A stretch of 64,000 nt of DNA from Eledone cirrhosa (lineage: Eukaryota). Positions 48,971 through 63,900 of the stretch are shown in pieces (within the stretch, counting starts at the first letter, position 1; every line of letters starts with the position of its first letter). Location: the NCBI GenBank assembly GCA_964016885.1, contig OZ024743.1, positions 50,406,001 to 50,470,000 of the forward strand. Direction: 5' to 3'. Both the position numbers and the translations under genes were made by a program. The notes beneath the pieces are model-generated. The model had not been told where the DNA came from, did no database searches, and was given only the letters and a program-made list of their open reading frames with translations.

Positions 48971-51900
48971 CATTGAACCATTAAACCATTGAACTATTGA
49001 ACCATTGAATCATTAAACCATTGAACTATTGAACTATTGAAATATTGAACCATTGAACTATTGAACTATTGAACCATTGAACTATTGAACTATTGAACTA
49101 TTAAACTATTGAACCATTGAACAATTGAACTATTGAACCATTGAACTATTGAACCATTGAACCATTGAACTATTGAACCATTGAACCATTGAACGATTGA
49201 AGTATTGAACCATTGAACCACTGAACTATTGAACCATTGAACTATTGAACCATTGAACTATTGAACCATTGAACCATTGAACTATTTAACCATTGAACTA
49301 TTGAACCATTGAACCATTGAACCATTGAAGTATTGAACCATTGAACTATTGAACCATTGAACCATTGAACTATTGAACCATTGAACAATTAAACCATTGA
49401 ACTATTGAACCATTGAACCATTGAACTATTGAACCATTGAACTATTGAACCATTGAACCATTGAACCATTGAAGTATTGAACCATTGAACTATTGAACCA
49501 TTGAACCATTGAACTATTGAACTATTGAAATATTGAACCATTGAACTATTGAACTATTGAACCATTGAACTTTTGAACTATTGAACCATTGAACCATTGA
49601 ACTATTGAACCATTGAACCATTGAACTATTGAACCATTGAACTATTGAACCTTTGAACCCTTGAACTATTGAACCATTGAACTATTGAACCATTGAACCA
49701 TTGAACTATTGAACCATTGAACCATTGAACTATTGAACCATTGAACCATTGAACCATTGAACTATTGAACGATTGAAGTATTGAACCATTGAACTATTGA
49801 AGTATTGAACCATTGAACTATTGAACCATTGAAGTATTGAACCATTGAACTATTGAACCATTGAACCATTGAACTATTGAACCATTGAACCATTGAACCA
49901 TTGAACCATTGAACTATTGAACCATTGAACCATTGAACGATTGAAGTATTGAACTATTGAACCATTGAACCATTGAACCATTGAACTATTGAACGATTGA
50001 AGTATTGAACCATTGAACTATTGAAGTATTGAACCATTGAACTATTGAACCATTGAACTATTGAACCATTGAAGTATTGAACCATTGAACCATTGAACCA
50101 CTGAACTATTGAAGTATTGAACCATTGAACTATTGAAGTATTGAACTATTGAACTATTGAACTATTGAACCATTGAACCATTGAACCATTGAACTATTGA
50201 AACATTGAACCATTGAACTATTGAACTATTGAACCATTGAACTATTGAACCTTTGAACCATTGAACTATTGAAATATTGAACCATTGAACCATTTAATCA
50301 TTGAACCATTGAACTATTGAACCATTGAACCATTGAACTATTGAACCATTGAACCATTGAACTATTGAACCATTGAACCATTGAACTATTGAACCATTGA
50401 ACTATTGAACTATTGAAGTATTGAACCATTGAAGTATTGAACCATTGAACTATTGAACCATTGAACTATTGAACCATTGAACTATTGAACCATTGAACCA
50501 TTGAACTATTGAACCATTGAACTATTGAACCATTGAACCATTGAACTATTGAACCATTGAACCATTAAACCATTGAACTATTGAACCATTGAACCATTAA
50601 ACCATTGAACTATTGAACCATTGAATCATTAAACCATTGAACTATTGAACTATTGAACCACTGAACTATTGAAGTATTGAACCATTGAACTATTTAAGTA
50701 TTGAACCATTGAACCATTGAACCACTGAAGTATTGAACCATTGAACTATTGAACTATTGAAAGATTGAACCATTGAACCATTGAACTATTGAAGTATTGA
50801 ACCATTGAACCTTTGAACCATTGAACGATTGAAGTATTGAACCATTGAACCATTGAACTATTGAACCATTGAACCATTGAACTATTGAACCATTGAACTA
50901 TTGAACTATTGAAGTATTGAACCATTGAAGTATTGAACCATTGAACTATTGAACCATTGAACTATTGAACCATTGAACTATTGAACCATTGAACCATTGA
51001 ACTATTGAACCATTGAACCATTGAACTATTGAACCATTGAACCATTGAACCATTGAACTATTGAACGATTGAAGTATTGAACCATTGAACTATTGAAGTA
51101 TTGAACCATTGAAATATTGAACCATTGAACTATTGAACCATTGAGGTATTGAACCATTGAACCATTGAACTATTGAACCATTGAACTATTGAACCATTGA
51201 ACCATTGAACCATTGAAGTATTGAACCATTGAAGTATTGAACCATTGAACCATTGAACTATTGAACAATTGAACCATTGAACTATTGAACCATAGAACCA
51301 TTGAACTATTGAACCATTGAACTATTGAACTATTGAACTATTGAACCATTGAACTATTGAACCATTGAACCATTGAACGATTGAAGTATTGAACCATTGA
51401 ACCATTGAACTATTGAACCATTGAACCATTGAACGATTGAAGTATTGAACCATTGAACCATTGAACTATTGAACCATTGAACTATTGAACCATTGAACCA
51501 TTGAACTATTAAACCATTGAACCATTGAACTATTGAACCATTGAATTATTGACCTATTGAATTATTGAACCATTGAACTATTGAACTATTGAAACATTGA
51601 ACGATTGAAGTATTGAACCATTGAACTATTGAAGTATTGAACTATTGAACCATTGAAGTATTGAACCATTGAACTATTGAACCATTGAACCATTGAACTA
51701 TTGAACCAATGAACCATTGAACTATTGAACCATTGAACCATTGAACCATTGAACTATTGAACTATTGAACCATTGAACTATTGAACTATTGAACCATTGA
51801 ACTATTGAACCTTTGAACCATTGAACTATTGAACCATTGAACCATTGAACGATTAAAGTATTGAACCATTGAACTATTGAAGTATTGAACTATTGAACCA

Positions 51901-54900
51901 TTGAACTATTGAACCTTTGAACCATTGAACTATTGAACCATTGAACTATTGAACCTTTGATCCATTGAACTATTAAACCATTGAACCATTGAACGATTGA
52001 AGTATTGAACCATTGAACTATTGAAGTATTGAACCATTGAACCATTGAACCATTGAACCATTGAACTATTGAACTATTGAACCATTGAACTATTGAACCA
52101 TTGAACCATTGAACTATTGAACCATTGAACCATTGAACTATTGAACCATTGAACCATTGAACCATTGAACAATTGAACTATTGAACCATTGAACCACTGA
52201 ACTATTGAAGTATTGAACCATTGAACTATTGAAGTATTGAACCATTGAACCATGAACCACTGAAGTATTGAACCATTTAACTATTGAACTATTGAAAGAT
52301 TGAACCATTGAACCATTGAACTATTGAAGTATTGAACCATTGAACTATTGAACCATTGAACTATTGAACTATTGAAATATTGAACCATTGAACCATTGAA
52401 CTATTGAACCATTGAACCATTGAACTATTGAACCATTGAACTATTGAACTATTGAAGTATTGAACCATTGAACTATTGAACCATTGAACTATTGAACCAT
52501 TGAACTATTGAACCATTGAACTATTGAACCATTGAACCATTGAACTATTGAACCATTGAACTATTGAACCATTGAACCATTGAACCATTGAAGTATTGAA
52601 CCATTGAACTATTGAACCATTGAACCATTGAACTATTGAACCATTGAACAATTAAACCATTGAACTATTGAACCATTGAACCATTGAACTATTGAACCAT
52701 TGAACTATTGAACCATTGAACCATTGAACCATTGAAGTATTGAACCATTGAACTATTGAACCATTGAACCATTGAACTATTGAACTATTGAAATATTGAA
52801 CCATTGAACTATTGAACTATTGAACCATTGAACTATTGAACCATGGAACTATTGAACTATTGAACCATTGAACTATTGAACTATTGAACCATTGAACCAT
52901 TGAACTATTGAACCATTGAACCATTGAACTATTGAACCATTGAACTATTGAACCTTTGAACCATTGAACTATTGAACCATTGAACCATTGAACTATTGAA
53001 CCATTGAACCATTGAACCATTGAACCATTGAACTATTGAACCATTGAACCATTGAACGATTGAAGTATTGAACTATTGAACCATTGAACCATTGAACCAT
53101 TGAACTATTGAACGATTGAAGTATTGAACCATTGAACTATTGAAGTATTGAACCATTGAACTATTGAACCATTGAACTATTGAACCATTGAAGTATTGAA
53201 CCATTGAAGTATTGAACCATTGAACCATTGAACCACTGAACTATTGAAGTATTGAACCATTGAACTATTGAAGTATTGAACTATTGAACTATTGAACTAT
53301 TGAACCATTGAACCATTGAACCATTGAACTATTGAAACATTGAACCATTGAACTATTAAACTATTGAACCATTGAACTTTTGAACCTTTGAACCATTGAA
53401 CTATTGAAATATTGAACCATTGAACCATTTAAACATTGAACCATTGAACTATTGAACCATTGAACCATTGAACTATTGAACCATTGAACCATTGAACTAT
53501 TGAACCATTGAACCATTGAACTATTGAACCATTGAACTATTGAACTATTGAAGTATTGAACCATTGAAGTATTGAACCATTGAACTATTGAACCATTGAA
53601 CTATTGAACCATTGAACTATTGAACCATTGAACCATTGAACTATTGAACCATTGAACTATTGAACCATTGAAACCTTGAACTATTGAACCATTGAACCAT
53701 TAAACCATTGAACTATTGAACCATTGAATCATTAAACCATTGAACTATTGAACTATTGAAATATTGAACCATTGAACTATTGAACTATTGAACCATTGAA
53801 CTATTGAACTATTGAACTATTAAACTATTGAACCATTGAACAATTGAACTATTGAACCCTTGAACTATTGAACCATTGAACCATTGAACTATTGAACCAT
53901 TGAACCATTGAACGATTGAAGTATTGAACCATTGAACCACTGAACTATTGAACCATTGAACTATTGAACCATTGAACCATTGAACTATTGAACCATTGAA
54001 TCATTGAACTATTGAACCATTGAACCATTGAACTATTGAACCATTGAACCATTGAACTATTGAACCATTGAACTATTGAACCTTTGAACCATTGAACTAT
54101 TGAACCATTGAACTATTGAACCATTGAACCATTGAACGATTGAAGTATTGAACTATTGAAGTATCTAACCATTGAACCATTGAACCATTGAACCATTGAA
54201 CTATTGAACCATTGAACTATTGAACCATTGAACCATTGAACTATTGAAACATTGAACCATTGAACGATTGAAGTATTGAACCATTGAACCATTGAACTAT
54301 TGAACCATTGAACCATTGAACTATTGAACCATTGAACTATTGAACTATTGAAGTATTGAACCATTGAACTATTGAACCATTGAACTATTGAACCATTGAA
54401 CTATTGAACCATTGAACTATTGAACCATTGAACCATTGAACTATTGAACCATTGAACTATTGAACCATTGAACCATTGAACGATTGAAGTATTGAACCAT
54501 TGAACTATTGAACCATTGAACCATTGAACTATTGAACTATTGAACCATTAAACCATTGAACTATTGAACCATTGAATCATTAAACCATTGAACTATTGAA
54601 CTATTGAAATATTGAACCATTGAACTATTGAACTATTGAACCATTGAACTATTGAACTATTGAACTATTGAAGTATTGAACCATTGAACAATTGAACTAT
54701 TGAACCATTGAACTATTGAACCATTGAACTATTGAAGTATTGAACCATTGAACCATTGAACCATTGAACCATTGAACTATTGAACTATTGAACCATTGAA
54801 CTATTGAACCATTGAACCATTGAACTATTGAACCATTGAACCATTGAACTATTGAACCATTGAACCATTGAACCATTGAACAATTGAACTATTGAACCAT

Positions 54901-57900
54901 TGAACCACTGAACTATTGAAGTATTGAACCATTGAACTATTGAAGTATTGAACCATTGAACCATTGAACCACTGAAGTATTGAACCATTTAACTATTGAA
55001 CTATTGAAAGATTGAACCATTGAACCATTGAACTATTGAAGTATTGAACCATTGAACTATTGAACCATTGAACTATTGAACTATTGAAATATTGAACCAT
55101 TGAACCATTGAACTATTGAACCATTGAACCATTGAACTATTGAACCATTGAACTATTGAACTATTGAAGTATTGAACCATTGAACTATTGAACCATTGAA
55201 CTATTGAACCATTGAACTATTGAACCATTGAACTATTGAACCATTGAACCATTGAACCATTGAACCATTGAAGTATTGAACCATTGAACTATTGAACCAT
55301 TGAACCATTGAACTATTGAACCATTGAACAATTAAACCATTGAACTATTGAACCATTGAACCATTGAACTATTGAACCATTGAACTATTGAACCATTGAA
55401 CCATTGAACCATTGAAGTATTGAACCATTGAACTATTGAACCATTGAACCATTGAACTATTGAACTATTGAAATATTGAACCATTGAACTATTGAACTAT
55501 TGAACCATTGAACTATTGAACTATTGAAACATTGAACCATTGAACTATTGAACCATTGAACCATTGAACTATTGAACCTTTGAACCATTGAACTATTGAA
55601 CCATTGAACTATTGAACCATTGAACCATTGAACTATTGAACCATTGAACCATTGAACTATTGAACCATTGAACCATTGAACCATTGAACTATTGAACGAT
55701 TGAAGTATTGAACCATTGAACTATTGAAGTATTGAACCATTGAACTATTGAACCATTGAAGTATTGAACCATTGAACTATTGAACCATTGAACCATTGAA
55801 CTATTGAACCATTGAACCATTGAACCATTGAACCATTGAACTATTGAACCATTGAACCATTGAACGATTGAAGTATTGAACTATTGAACCATTGAACCAT
55901 TGAACCATTGAACTATTGAACGATTGAAGTATTGAACCATTGAACTATTGAAGTATTGAACCATTGAACTATTGAACCATTGAACTATTGAACCATTGAA
56001 GTATTGAACCATTGAACCATTGAACCACTGAACTATTGAAGTATTGAACCATTGAACTATTGAAGTATTGAACTATTGAACTATTGAACTATTGAACCAT
56101 TGAACCATTGAACCATTGAACTATTGAAACATTGAACCATTGAACTATTGAACTATTGAACCATTGAACTATTGAACCTTTGAACCATTGAACTATTGAA
56201 ATATTGAACCATTGAACCATTTAAACATTGAACCATTGAACTATTGAACCATTGAACCATTGAACTATTGAACCATTGAACCATTGAACTATTGAACCAT
56301 TGAACCATTGAACTATTGAACCATTGAACTATTGAACTATTGAAGTATTGAACCATTGAAGTATTGAACCATTGAACTATTGAACCATTGAACTATTGAA
56401 CCATTGAACTATTGAACCATTGAACCATTGAACTATTGAACCATTGAACTATTGAACCATTGAACCATTGAACTATTGAACCATTGAACCATTAAACCAT
56501 TGAACTATTGAACCATTGAATCATTAAACCATTGAACTATTGAACTATTGAAATATTGAACCATTGAACTATTGAACTATTGAACCATTGAACTATTGAA
56601 CTATTGAACTATTAAACTATTGAACCATTGAACAATTGAACTATTGAACCATTGAACTATTGAACCATTGAACCATTGAACTATTGAACCATTGAACCAT
56701 TGAACGATTGAAGTATTGAACCATTGAACCATTGAAACTATTGAACCATTGAACTATTGAACCATTGAACCATTGAACTATTGAACCATTGAATCACTGA
56801 ACTATTGAACCATTGAACCATTGAACTATTGAACCATTGAACCATTGAACTATTGAACCATTGAACTATTGAACCTTTGAACCATTGAACTATTGAACCA
56901 TTGAACTATTGAACCATTGAACCATTGAACGATTGAAGTATTGAACTATTGAAGTATCTAACCATTGAACCATTGAACCATTGAACCATTGAACTATTGG
57001 ACCATTGAACTATTGAACCATTGAACCATTGAACTATTGAAACATTGAACCATTGAACGATTGAAGTATTGAACCATTGAACCATTGAACTATTGAACCA
57101 TTGAACCATTGAACTATTGAACCATTGAACTATTGAACTATTGAAATATTGAACCATTGAACTATTGAACCATTGAACTATTGAACCATTGAACTATTGA
57201 ACCATTGAACCATTGAACTATTGAACCATTGAACTATTGAACCATTGAACCATTGAACGATTGAAGTATTGAACCATTGAACTATTGAACCATTGAACCA
57301 TTGAACTATTGAACCATTGAACCATTAAACCATTGAACTATTGAACCATTGAATCATTAAACCATTGAACTATTGAACTATTGAAATATTGAACCATTGA
57401 ACTATTGAACTATTGAACCATTGAACTATTGAACTATTGAACTATTGAAGTATTGAACCATTGAGCAATTGAACTATTGAACCATTGAACCATTGAACGA
57501 TTGAAGTATTGAACCATTGAACCATTGAACTATTGAACCATTGAACTATTGAACCATTGAACCATTGAACTATTGAACCATTGAACCATTTAATTATTGA
57601 ACCATTGAACCATTGAACTATTGAACCATTGAACCATTGAACTATTGAACCATTGAACTATTGAACCTTTGAACCATTGAACTATTGAACCATTGAACTA
57701 TTGAACCATTGAACCATTGAACGATTGAAGTATTGAACTATTGAAGTATCTAACCATTGAACCATAGAACCATTGAACTATTGAAGTATTGAACAATTGA
57801 ACTATTGAACCATTGAAGTATTGAACCATTGAACTATTGAACCATTGAACTATTGAACTAATGAACAATTGAACTATTGAACCTTTGAACCATTGAACTA

Positions 57901-60900
57901 TTGAACCATTGAACTATCGAACGATTGAGCCATTGAACGATTGAACCATTGAACTATTGAACCATTGAACCATTGAACGATTGAAGTATTGAACCATTGA
58001 ACTATTGAAGTATTGAAACATTGAACCATTGAACCATTGAGCCTTTGAACCATTGAACTATTGAACAATTGAACTATTGAACCATTGAACCATTGAACTA
58101 TTGAACCATTGAACCATTGAACTATTGAACCATTGAACCATTGAACCATTGAACTATTGAACGATTGAAGTATTGAACCATTGAACTATTGAAGTATTGA
58201 ACCATTGAAATATTGAACCATTGAACTATTGAACCATTGAAGTATTGAACCATTGAACCATTGAACTATTGAACCATTGAACTATTGAACCATTGAACCA
58301 TTGAACGATTGAAGTATTGAACCATTGAAGTATTGAACCATTGAACCATTGAACTATTGAACAATTGAACCATTGAACTATTGAACCATTGAACCATTGA
58401 ACTATTGAACCATTGAACTATTGAACTATTGAACTATTGAACCATTGAACTATTGAACCATTGAACCATTGAACGATTGAAGTATTGAACCATTGAACCA
58501 TTGAACTATTGAACCATTGAACCATTGAACGATTGAAGTATTGAACCATTGAACCATTGAACTATTGAACCATTGAACTATTGAACCATTGAACCATTGA
58601 ACTATTAAACCATTGAACCATTGAACTATTGAACCATTGAACTATTGACCTATTGAACTATTGAACCATTGAACTATTGAACTATTGAAACATTGAACGA
58701 TTGAAGTATTGAACCATTGAACTATTGAAGTATTGAACTATTGAACCATTGAAGTATTGAACCATTGAACTATTGAACCATTGAACCATTGAACTATTGA
58801 ACCAATGAACCATTGAACTATTGAACCATTGAACCATTGAACCATTGAACTATTGAACTATTGAACCATTGAACTATTGAACTATTGAACCATTGAACCA
58901 TTGAACGATTAAAGTATTGAACCATTGAACTATTGAAGTATTGAACTATTGAACCATTGAACTATTGAACCATTGAACCATTGAACTATTGAACCATTGA
59001 ACTATTGAACCTTTGAACCATTGAACTATTAAACCATTGAACCATTGAACGATTGAAGTATTGAACCATTGAACTATTGAACCATTGAACTATTGAACCA
59101 TTGAACCATTGAACTATTGAACCATTGAACCATTGAACCATTGAACTATTGAACTATTGAACCATTGAACCACTGAACTATTGAAGTATTGAACCATTGA
59201 ACCATTGAACCACTGAAGTATTGAACCATTTAACTATTGAACTATTGAAAGATTGAACCATTGAACCATTGAACTATTGAAGTATTGAACCATTGAACTA
59301 TTGAACCATTGAACTATTGAACTATTGAAATATTGAACCATTGAACCATTGAACTATTGAACCATTGAACCATTGAACTATTGAACCATTGAACTATTGA
59401 ACCATTGAACCATTGAACTATTGAACCATTGAACTATTGAACCATTGAACCATTGAAGTATTGAACCATTGAACTATTGAACCATTGAACCATTGAACTA
59501 TTGAACCATTGAACAATTAAACCATTGAACTATTGAACCATTGAACCATTGAACCATTGAACCATTGAAGTATTGAACCATTGAACTATTGAACCATTGA
59601 ACCATTGAACTATTGAACTATTGAAATATTGAACCATTGAACTATTGAACTATTGAACCATTGAACTATTGAACTATTGAACCATTGAACCATTGAACTA
59701 TTGAACCATTGAACCATTGAACTATTGAACCATTGAACTATTGAACCTTTGAACCATTGAACTATTGAACCATTGAACTATTGAACCATTGAACCATTGA
59801 ACTATTGAACCATTGAACCATTGAACTATTGAACCATTGAACCATTGAACCATTGAACTATTGAACGATTGAAGTATTGAACCATTGAACTATTGAAGTA
59901 TTGAACCATTGAACTATTGAACCATTGAAGTATTGAACCATTGAACTATTGAACCATTGAACCATTGAACTATTGAACCATTGAACCATTGAACCATTGA
60001 ACCATTGAACTATTGAACCATTGAACCATTGAACGATTGAAGTATTGAACTATTGAACCATTGAACCATTGAACCATTGAACTATTGAACGATTGAAGTA
60101 TTGAACCATTGAACTATTGAAGTATTGAACCATTGAACTATTGAACCATTGAACTATTGAACCATTGAAGTATTGAACCATTGAACCATTGAACCACTGA
60201 ACTATTGAAGTATTGAACCATTGAACTATTGAAGTATTGAACTATTGAACAATTGAACTATTGAACCATTGAACCATTGAACCATTGAACTATTGAACGA
60301 TTGAAGTATTGAACCATTGAACTATTGAAGTATTGAACCATTGAAATATTGAACCATTGAACTATTGAACCATTGAAGTATTGAACCATTGAACCATTGA
60401 ACTATTGAACCATTGAACTATTGAACCATTGAACCATTGAACGATTGAAGTATTGAACCATTGAAGTATTGAACCATTGAACCATTGAACTATTGAACAA
60501 TTGAACCATTGAACTATTGAACCATTGAACCATTGAACTATTGAACCATTGAACTATTGAACTATTGAACTATTGAACCATTGAACTATTGAACCATTGA
60601 ACCATTGAACGATTGAAGTATTGAACCATTGAACCATTGAACTATTGAACCATTGAACCATTGAACGATTGAAGTATTGAACCATTGAACCATTGAACTA
60701 TTGAACCATTGAACTATTGAACCATTGAACCATTGAACTATTGAACCATTGAACCATTGAACTATTGAACCATTGAACTATTGACCTATTGAACTATTGA
60801 ACCATTGAACTATTGAACTATTGAAACATTGAACGATTGAAGTATTGAACCATTGAACTATTGAAGTATTGAACTATTGAACCATTGAACCATTGAACCA

Positions 60901-63900
60901 TTGAACTATTGAACTATTGAACCATTGAACTATTGAACTATTGAACCATTGAACCATTGAACGATTAAAGTATTGAACCATTGAACTATTGAAGTATTGA
61001 ACTATTGAACCATTGAACTATTGAACCATTGAACCATTGAACAATTAAACAATTGAACTATTGAACCTTTGAACCATTGAACTATTAAACCATTGAACCA
61101 TTGAACGATTGAAGTATTGAACCATTGAACTATTGAAGTATTGAACCATTGAACCATTGAACCATTGAACCATTGAACTATTGAACCATTGAACTATTGA
61201 ACCATTGAACCATTGAACTATTGAACCATTAAACCATTGAACTATTGAACCATTGAACCATTGAACCATTGAACTATTGAACTATTGAACCATTGAACCA
61301 CTGAACTATTGAAATATTGAACCATTGAACCATTGAACAACTGAAGTATTGAACCATTTAACTATTGAACTATTGAAAGATTGAACCATTGAACCATTGA
61401 ACTATTGAAGTATTGAACCATTGACCTATTGAACCATTGAACTATTGAACTATTGAAATATTGAACCATTGAACCATTGAACTATTGAACCATTGAACCA
61501 TTGAACTATTGAACCATTGAACTATTGAACCATTGAACTATTGAACCATTGAACCATTGAACCATTGAAGTATTGAACCATTGAACTATTGAACCATTGA
61601 ACCATTGAACTATTGAACCATTGAACAATTAAACCATTGAACTATTGAACCATTGAACCATTGAACCATTGAACCATTGAAGTATTGAACCATTGAACTA
61701 TTGAACCATTGAACCATTGAACTATTGAACTATTGAAATATTGAACCATTGAACTATTGAACTATTGAACCATTGAACTATTGAACTATTGAACCATTGA
61801 ACCATTGAACTATTGAACCATTGAACCATTGAACTATTGAACCATTGAACTATTGAACCTTTGAACCATTGAACTATTGAACCATTGAACTATTGAACCA
61901 TTGAACCATTGAACTATTGAACCATTGAACCATTGAACTATTGAACCATTGAACCATTGAACCATTGAACTATTGAACGATTGAAGTATTGAACCATTGA
62001 ACTATTGAAGTATTGAACCATTGAACTATTGAACCATTGAAGTATTGAACCATTGAACTATTGAACCATTGAACCATTGAACTATTGAACCATTGAACCA
62101 TTGAACCATTGAACCATTGAACTATTGAACCATTGAACCATTGAACGATTGAAGTATTGAACTATTGAACCATTGAACCATTGAACCATTGAACTATTGA
62201 ACGATTGAAGTATTGAACCATTGAACTATTGAAGTATTGAACCATTGAACTATTGAACCATTGAACTATTGAACCATTGAAGTATTGAACCATTGAACCA
62301 TTGAACCACTGAACTATTGAAGTAGTGAACCATTGAACTATTGAAGTATTGAACTATTGAACTATTGAACTATTGAACCATTGAAATATTGAACCATTGA
62401 ACTATTGAACCATTGAACCATTGAACTATTGAACTATTGAACCATTGAACTATTGAACCTTTGAACCATTGAACTATTGAAATATTGAATGATTGAACCA
62501 TTTAAACATTGAACCATTGAACTATTGAACCATTGAACCATTGAACTATTGAACCATTGAACCATTGAACTATTGAACCATTGAACCATTGAACCATTGA
62601 ACTATTGAACGATTGAAGTATTGAACCATTGAACTATTGAAGTATTGAACCATTGAACTATTGAACCATTGAACTATTGGACCATTGAAGATTTGAACCA
62701 TTGAACCATTGAACCACTGAACTATTGAAGTATTGAACCATTGAACTATTGAAGTATTGAACTATTGAACTATTGAACTATTGAACCATTGAACCATTGA
62801 ACCATTGAACTATTGAACCATTGAACTATTGAAGTATTGAACCATTGAACCATTGAACCACTGAAGTATAGAACCATTGAACTATTGAACTATTGAAAGA
62901 TTGAACCATTGAACCATTGAACTATTGAAGTATTGAACCATCGAACTATTGAACCATTGAACTATTGAACAATTGAACTATTGAACCATTGAACCATTGA
63001 ACTATTGAAGTATTGAACCATTGAACCATTGAACCACTGAAGTATAGAACCATTGAACTATTGAACTATTGAAAGATTGAACCATTGAACCATTGAACTA
63101 TTGAAGTATTGAACCATTGAACTATTGAACCATTGAACTATTGAACAATTGAACTATTGAACCATTGAACCATTGAACTATTGAAGTATTGAACCATTGA
63201 ACCATTGAAGTATTGAACCATTGAACCATTGAACCACTGAACTATTGAAGTATTGAACCATTGAACTATTGAAGTATTGAACCATTGAACCATTGAACCA
63301 TTGAACTATTGAACCATTGAACTACTGAACTATTGAAACATTGAACCACTGAACTATTGAAGTATTGAACCATTGAACTATTGAAGTATTGAACCATTGA
63401 ACCATTGAACCACTGAAGTATTGAACCATTGAACTATTGATCTATTGAAAGATTGAACCATTGAACCATTGAACTATTGAAGTATTGAACCATTGAACTA
63501 TTGAACCATTGAACTATTGAACCATTGAACTATTGAACCATTGAACCATTGAACTATTGAACCATTGAACTATTGAACTATTGAAGTATTGAACCATTGA
63601 ACTATTGAACAATTGAACTATTGAACCATTGAACTATTGAACTATTGAACCATTGAACTATTGAACCATTGAACCATTGAACTATTGAACCAGTGAACTA
63701 TTGAACCATTGAACCATTGAACGATTGAAGTATTGAACCATTGAACTATTGAACCATTGAACCATTGAACTATTGAACCATTGAACCATTGAACGATTGA
63801 AGTATTGAACCATTGAACCATTGAACTATTGAACCATTGAACTATTGAACCATTGAACCATTGAACTATTGAACCATTGAACCATTGAACTATTGAACCA

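Noticed and set aside
53668-53683. ATTGAAACCTTGAACT, an apparent compensating +1/-1 indel
   Set aside because: It is a singleton with no net phase change and is absent from the homologues at ~4,521 and ~6,737. It cannot be distinguished from two substitutions or a consensus error.
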